Origin: Candidatus Bathyarchaeia archaeon
GTDB taxonomy: Bacteria; Patescibacteriota; Microgenomatia; PFEM01; JAFGMK01
Length of the DNA stretch: 64,000 nt
Direction: 5' to 3'
Assembly: GCA_035529595.1 (NCBI GenBank)
Contig: DATKWK010000035.1
Coordinates: forward strand, 49,067-113,066
Every line of letters starts with the position of its first letter. Position 1 is the stretch's first letter. Below the pieces are notes generated by a model, which made no database searches, was not told where the DNA came from, and saw only the letters and a list, made by a program, of their open reading frames with translations. Below are positions 59,524-64,000 of this stretch, one piece after another. Both the position numbers and the translations under genes were made by a program.

Positions 59524-59569
59524 ACTTAATTATTATAACAGAGGAGGCGCTGTCTTAAAATATTTTCTA

Positions 59570-60709
59570 CTAGCGAGAACGGCGCAAGAAAGCTGGAATA
59601 TCCAGTTCTTCCTGAAACTCTTCAGGTGGGATACCATCTGGAGGTTGAAATTTTTCTTCTTCGTCATCCTTCTTTTCCTGGGGGTGCTCGCTGACAATCC
59701 CTTTTGCTTCATCTTCGGGCTCTTTATTTACAAAAGAAGCCAATTTTACTTGTGTCTCATCAAATCCGGTAGCTATAACAGTAATCTTTAACTGATCTGC
59801 AAGCTCTTCATCGATTGCCGCTCCGAAGATGATATTAGCGTCAGCATCAGCTGCCTTAGAAATGATTTTAGCGGCTTCGTCAACTTCACTCATCGTCAAG
59901 TCCTTACCGCCGACGATATTAAATAGGACTCCTTTGGCTCCCTCAATTGAAATATCAAGCAGCGGTGATGAGATAGCCGCCCGAGCTGCCTCTTGAGCTC
60001 GATTTTCACCAACTCCGGTTCCAATACCCAAAAGCGCTGAACCAGCGTTACTCATAATTGTCCTGACGTCGGCAAAATCAAGGTTAATTAGACCGGGAAC
60101 AGTAATTAAATCGGAAATTCCTTTAACTCCCTGACTAAGAATAGAATCAGCCAATCTGAAAGCTTCAAGCAGCGTCATCTTACGGTCGACAATATTCAAA
60201 AGCCGTTGATTGGGAATAACTATTAGAGTATCCACCTTGGTTTTCAGTTTCTCGATACCATCCTCCGCCACAACCATTCTCCGCGTGCCTTCAAAACCAA
60301 AAGGTTTGGTAACCACCGCTACCGTTAATGCTCCATTTTCTTTCGCAATTTCAGCAACTATAGGCGAAGCCCCGGTGCCCGTACCTCCCCCCATACCGCA
60401 GGTGAGAAAAACCATATCGGCGTCGAAAATTGCTTCTTTGATTTTTTCTCTTGATTCTTCGGCTGCCTGAAGACCAACTTCTGGATTAGAACCGGACCCT
60501 AAACCATGAGTCAAATTTTCGCCAATCTGAATTTTTGCCGGGGATTTATTGGCAAGAAGCGCTTGCGAATCAGTGTTGACAGCAATAAAATCCACTCCTC
60601 GAATGAGCTCATCTTTCATCATTGAATCGATAGCGTTCCCTCCACCACCGCCAATGCCTAATACTTTTATTTTGGCCAATTGAGCGGTATCTGGTTTAAC
60701 TAGAGCCAT
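59570..60709 (-). CDS. ftsZ: Cell division GTPase FtsZ.
   Basis: GIGGGGGNA, tubulin signature [20 protein letters not shown] and an acidic C-terminal tail. Confidence 0.95.
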   Translation of the reverse strand: MALVKPDTAQLAKIKVLGIGGGGGNAIDSMMKDELIRGVDFIAVNTDSQALLANKSPAKIQIGENLTHGLGSGSNPEVGLQAAEESREKIKEAIFDADMVFLTCGMGGGTGTGASPIVAEIAKENGALTVAVVTKPFGFEGTRRMVVAEDGIEKLKTKVDTLIVIPNQRLLNIVDRKMTLLEAFRLADSILSQGVKGISDLITVPGLINLDFADVRTIMSNAGSALLGIGTGVGENRAQEAARAAISSPLLDISIEGAKGVLFNIVGGKDLTMSEVDEAAKIISKAADADANIIFGAAIDEELADQLKITVIATGFDETQVKLASFVNKEPEDEAKGIVSEHPQEKKDDEEEKFQPPDGIPPEEFQEELDIPAFLRRSR

Positions 60710-60766
60710 AAAATGTTGACTGATATAAACAGGATTCCCTCATAAAATTCGGGCAGGAGAAAAAAC

Positions 60767-62077
60767 TCAAGGTAATAATGATTTTATCAGATTCAGTGTT
60801 CTGTTGGCAAGTCCGTGAACGGGGATCTTCCTCAATACACCACTAATCCGACCTAATGATAGTCTGTTACTCGGCTCGACCCTTCTCTTTAACGCATATT
60901 TAATTAAACCAACCAAGGTAGCAAATTCTGGCGAGAGAATATCGTCAACTAAGCCCACCACTCCTTTAGGTGTTCCGACACGGACAGGTAGCGATAAAGT
61001 TCTTCTGGCTGAATCGACTATGCCGGCAGTCATGGCGCCACCACCGCACAAAACAATACCTGATGGTGTCATTCCGCCGAAGCCGCTCTTTTTTATTTCC
61101 ACTCCTACCAAACTAAAAATCTCATTTAATCTCGGCCTAATAATCCCTTCAATGAGCGTTTTCTTGGAAACTTTTTTGGCTTCATCGATACCTTCAATTA
61201 CGGTTAAGTCCAACTCATCATCGTCATTATGGCTTTTCTTTAATTCTTTCTCATTCTTGCTCTTTGATACTTTCGTTTCTCCGCCTATAAATACCTTTAC
61301 TTTTTCCGCTACCTCAAGTGGCAACCGTAGGCCGATTGCCAAATCATTAGTTATATTTCTTGCTCCGACTGGAATTACCGAAGTAAAAACGGGTGAACCT
61401 TCAATAAATATAACAGAGCTGGTTGTACCCCCACCCAAATCAACCAAGATTACACCTAATTCTTTTTCGGTTTCGCTTAGGACCGCTTCCGCTGACGCAC
61501 TTGCCGTCGCTATCCGACCGGTGATGTTAGCCCCAACCTCTGAAATACACTTAGTCAAATTTTTTATAGCCGTTGTCGAACCGGTAACAATATGTGTTTC
61601 AACTTCGAGCCGAATTCCCGACATTCCCACCGGATCGGCAATACCTTCCTGGCCATCAACATTAAAATTTCTTGTTACCACATCAATAATTTCCCTTGAG
61701 GAAGGCAAGGATATCGCCTTAGCAGCCTCAATTACCCGTCGGACATCCTCCTCACTGATTTCTTCTTCAGGTTCAGCGATTGCCACGACCCCTTTGGAAT
61801 TCTGTGAAGCAATATGCTGTCCGCCAACCGATACATAAACATCGGCAATATTATAGCCAGCCATTCTCTCTGCGGCTTCAACGGAATCAATAATGGCTCC
61901 GGTAGCTTCATCAATATTTACTACCTGACCCTTTCGAACTCCCCGAGAATTAATTGAAGAAGAGCCTAAAACGCGAATATTTTCTTCCCCATCGTCGAGC
62001 GAGGCGATGATTGTTGCAATCTTTGAGGAACCGATGTCCACACCGGAAATCAGTTTTGTTCTGGCCATATGAATCAA
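60767..62077 (-). CDS. ftsA: Cell division protein FtsA.
   Basis: Actin-fold N-terminus ISGVDIGSSKIATIIAS. The ftsA-ftsZ order is conserved. Confidence 0.9.
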   Translation of the reverse strand: MIHMARTKLISGVDIGSSKIATIIASLDDGEENIRVLGSSSINSRGVRKGQVVNIDEATGAIIDSVEAAERMAGYNIADVYVSVGGQHIASQNSKGVVAIAEPEEEISEEDVRRVIEAAKAISLPSSREIIDVVTRNFNVDGQEGIADPVGMSGIRLEVETHIVTGSTTAIKNLTKCISEVGANITGRIATASASAEAVLSETEKELGVILVDLGGGTTSSVIFIEGSPVFTSVIPVGARNITNDLAIGLRLPLEVAEKVKVFIGGETKVSKSKNEKELKKSHNDDDELDLTVIEGIDEAKKVSKKTLIEGIIRPRLNEIFSLVGVEIKKSGFGGMTPSGIVLCGGGAMTAGIVDSARRTLSLPVRVGTPKGVVGLVDDILSPEFATLVGLIKYALKRRVEPSNRLSLGRISGVLRKIPVHGLANRTLNLIKSLLP

Positions 62078-62907
62078 TCTTTGTACTTAACTATCGGTTT
62101 TTCAAATCTTAAGTCAATTAACTGTGGAACCTTGCCCTCTATTTTAGCCCGGCTCAAAATTAATTGTAAAGAGTCAACCTGAAAATCAGTATTATTAAAT
62201 GAAAAAATAGCTCGCCAATCAGGCGAGAATACCATCATCTGGCCGGATTGGGTCTCTATATAACCATACTTTAACGGTAAATTTACGTCTGATAGCACTT
62301 GAATTATCTCCCAAAAAGGCGGAAAAGATAAATCAGCAAGACTAGATCCGGAAGAAAGACTAATCGGTTCCTTAATTTTAATTAGCATCCTAGGTAGACT
62401 ATTATTTTCCTCTGCCTCACTATAAACAACTCCTCTTTCATCAACTAACCAACGAACATTAGAAATCGATTTAGCCTGATAAAAACTAGTCTCTATTTGT
62501 TTGAGATTTATCTCTCTGTTAAAGGTAAGATTACCCGAGAAATCAAAAACAGCGATCGCGACAGGCAATCCTTCTGAAAGATTGACCACTAATCTATCCG
62601 GAAACTTAACTTCAACCTTTTCATTTTTGTACTGAGGAAAAATCTTTTGAATTTTGGCCCCAAGCCAATCTCCGGATAAGGCAAGACTCAGTCTACCGGA
62701 TACCAAATTATAAATTCCGGCCCAAATTTCTTGGGAACACCTTCGGTTATCGAGATAACAGTCAAGTTTCTTGATCCTCAATATATCCGTATTAGTAAAT
62801 AAATACACGATCAGGAAGGTAAAAGAAGTAATAATTAAAATTAAGAAAAGATCAAGAAATTTCCGTTGATTTCTTATTTTTCTTAAAGAAAAAAATTTAA
62901 ACCTCAT
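62074..62907 (-). CDS. ftsQ: FtsQ/DivIB-like cell division protein.
   Basis: N-terminal TM helix and a POTRA-like periplasmic region. Its position between murG and ftsA supports the call. 4-nt overlaps on both sides. Confidence 0.55.
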   Translation of the reverse strand: MRFKFFSLRKIRNQRKFLDLFLILIITSFTFLIVYLFTNTDILRIKKLDCYLDNRRCSQEIWAGIYNLVSGRLSLALSGDWLGAKIQKIFPQYKNEKVEVKFPDRLVVNLSEGLPVAIAVFDFSGNLTFNREINLKQIETSFYQAKSISNVRWLVDERGVVYSEAEENNSLPRMLIKIKEPISLSSGSSLADLSFPPFWEIIQVLSDVNLPLKYGYIETQSGQMMVFSPDWRAIFSFNNTDFQVDSLQLILSRAKIEGKVPQLIDLRFEKPIVKYKD

Positions 62908-64000
62908 ACGTATTTTTGGATTAAGTCAATAATTTGGTCAGCTGCATTTAGTTTAACCAATTGGCGTGCTTTAGGGCTATTTTTTCGATAAATATAAAGA
63001 TCTCTGATCATTTGACCCACAACCCGACTTAGCTCCTCCGAAGTTAATTTCCCTTGAGGTAAGACACGAGCCGTACCAACCTTGACTAATATCTGAGCAT
63101 TCAGATTTTGCTCAGAGGCATGACTCCAGGGGTAAGGAATAAAAAGTACCGGCTTTCCTAGAGCGGCTAATTCGTAAACTATGTGGGCGCCGGCTCGACT
63201 GACAATTAAGTCAGCTGAGGCAAAGATTGACCCAATTTCCGATCTAAAAAAATAGTCCTTAACAAGATATCGTTCTTGAAGTTCTGGGCATAATTTTTTT
63301 TTAAATATTTTCAGATGAGAATAATCATAATGAAGAGTACTGCTGCCACACTGATGAATAATGTTATATTTCTCAAGCATCAAAGGTAAGTTTTTTTTGA
63401 CCACTCTGTTTATGATATGGGATCCTTGTTTACCGCCGGTAATATAAATTATCGGTAAATGATTAGGGAAAAATCTTGTTTTCTTAGCAGACAATATTTC
63501 ATCCCTCAAAGGCAATCCGGTGAAAACGATTTTTCGACTAGGAAAATGACAAGAAGAGACTTTCCATGAAACACAAACTTTTTGGGCAAAGTAGCTGATA
63601 ATTCGGTTGGCAAAGCCATACACAACAGTTTGTTCATGGGTTATGGAAGGAATTCTTAATAAAAAAGCAGAGATCACAACCGGAAAAGCCAAATAACCAC
63701 CGAAGGAAAAAACAAGATCAGGCCGATACACCAAAAGATAATAAAACGATTGTAAGAAACCTCGCGGGAAACCAATCAGCTCTTTACCGAGGAAACGGCG
63801 TCCGATTTTACCCGCCTTAATTTCGACAAATTTAAAACCAGCCTGGGTTACTTCCCGGTATTCGGCTCCTGGTTGGCAGTCTCCGAGCATCGTATATTTG
63901 TGACCAAACCAGATTACTCTGTACCCTCTTAAACGGAGCTTTTCCGCAATTACCAAAGCACAGTTATGGTGTCCACCCGTAATGACAATCGTTTTCCTCA
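62904..64000 (-). CDS. murG: Undecaprenyldiphospho-muramoylpentapeptide beta-N-acetylglucosaminyltransferase (MurG). The N-terminus probably extends beyond the track ORF and may run off the window end.
   Basis: The GT28 C-terminal block IITGGKQGSHIINRVV and overall MurG pattern. The reverse complement of 63957-64000 continues in frame with ...RKTIVITGGHHNCALV, which is the MurG G-loop. Confidence 0.85.
   Translation of the reverse strand, partial: RKTIVITGGHHNCALVIAEKLRLRGYRVIWFGHKYTMLGDCQPGAEYREVTQAGFKFVEIKAGKIGRRFLGKELIGFPRGFLQSFYYLLVYRPDLVFSFGGYLAFPVVISAFLLRIPSITHEQTVVYGFANRIISYFAQKVCVSWKVSSCHFPSRKIVFTGLPLRDEILSAKKTRFFPNHLPIIYITGGKQGSHIINRVVKKNLPLMLEKYNIIHQCGSSTLHYDYSHLKIFKKKLCPELQERYLVKDYFFRSEIGSIFASADLIVSRAGAHIVYELAALGKPVLFIPYPWSHASEQNLNAQILVKVGTARVLPQGKLTSEELSRVVGQMIRDLYIYRKNSPKARQLVKLNAADQIIDLIQKYV

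Noticed and set aside
61020-61838. 272-aa plus-strand ORF, and similar long antisense ORFs inside dnaE, clpB, polX and the P-type ATPase.
   Set aside because: These are low-complexity Ser/Thr/Pro-rich translations antisense to confidently identified housekeeping genes. They are typical shadow ORFs.
1-64000. CRISPR arrays, rRNA genes or intact IS elements.
   Set aside because: I saw no regularly spaced short direct repeats, no rRNA-like conserved stretches, and no transposase-like ORF. The only mobile-element signals are the two decayed tRNA-linked islands and the 115-nt repeat.

Overview
This 64 kb window is low-GC bacterial chromosome, roughly 35-42% GC by eye. It is compact and has many 4-nt start/stop overlaps. 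The gene content is consistent with a small-genome, CPR/Patescibacteria-like organism, but that is inference. About 80% is conserved housekeeping on both strands: pyrG, rplS, dnaE, gatB/gatA/gatC, clpB, htpX, lemA, polX, a P-type ATPase, a lipid/glycan locus with three GT2 genes and an O-antigen-ligase-like gene, lepB, parB, rpmA/rplU, ftsW, a type-2 ileS, and the ftsZ-ftsA-ftsQ-murG division cluster. I called six tRNAs by hand: Glu-UUC, Lys-UUU, Asp-GUC, Gly-CCC, Thr-CGU and Val-CAC. The non-housekeeping material lies between about 6.5 kb and 18 kb and is bounded by tRNA-Glu and tRNA-Lys. It contains three things of note. First, a ~115-nt hairpin-rich repeat in two copies bracketing a GDSL-Nudix-HAD unit. 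Second, a ~3.1 kb tRNA-Glu-anchored island whose far end carries a degenerate copy of the tRNA 3' end. That island holds a four-gene minus-strand cassette (TIR-like DUF1863 protein, small multi-TM protein, HNH-like nuclease, unknown protein) that looks like an undescribed defence/abortive-infection module. Third, a decayed integrative element at tRNA-Lys: a YedK-like SRAP gene with two compensating frameshifts, a truncated serine recombinase, and a 21-nt duplication of the tRNA 3' end. A GC-rich, hairpin-dense ~220-nt segment (6722-6945) is a candidate structured RNA. No CRISPR array, rRNA or intact transposase was seen.
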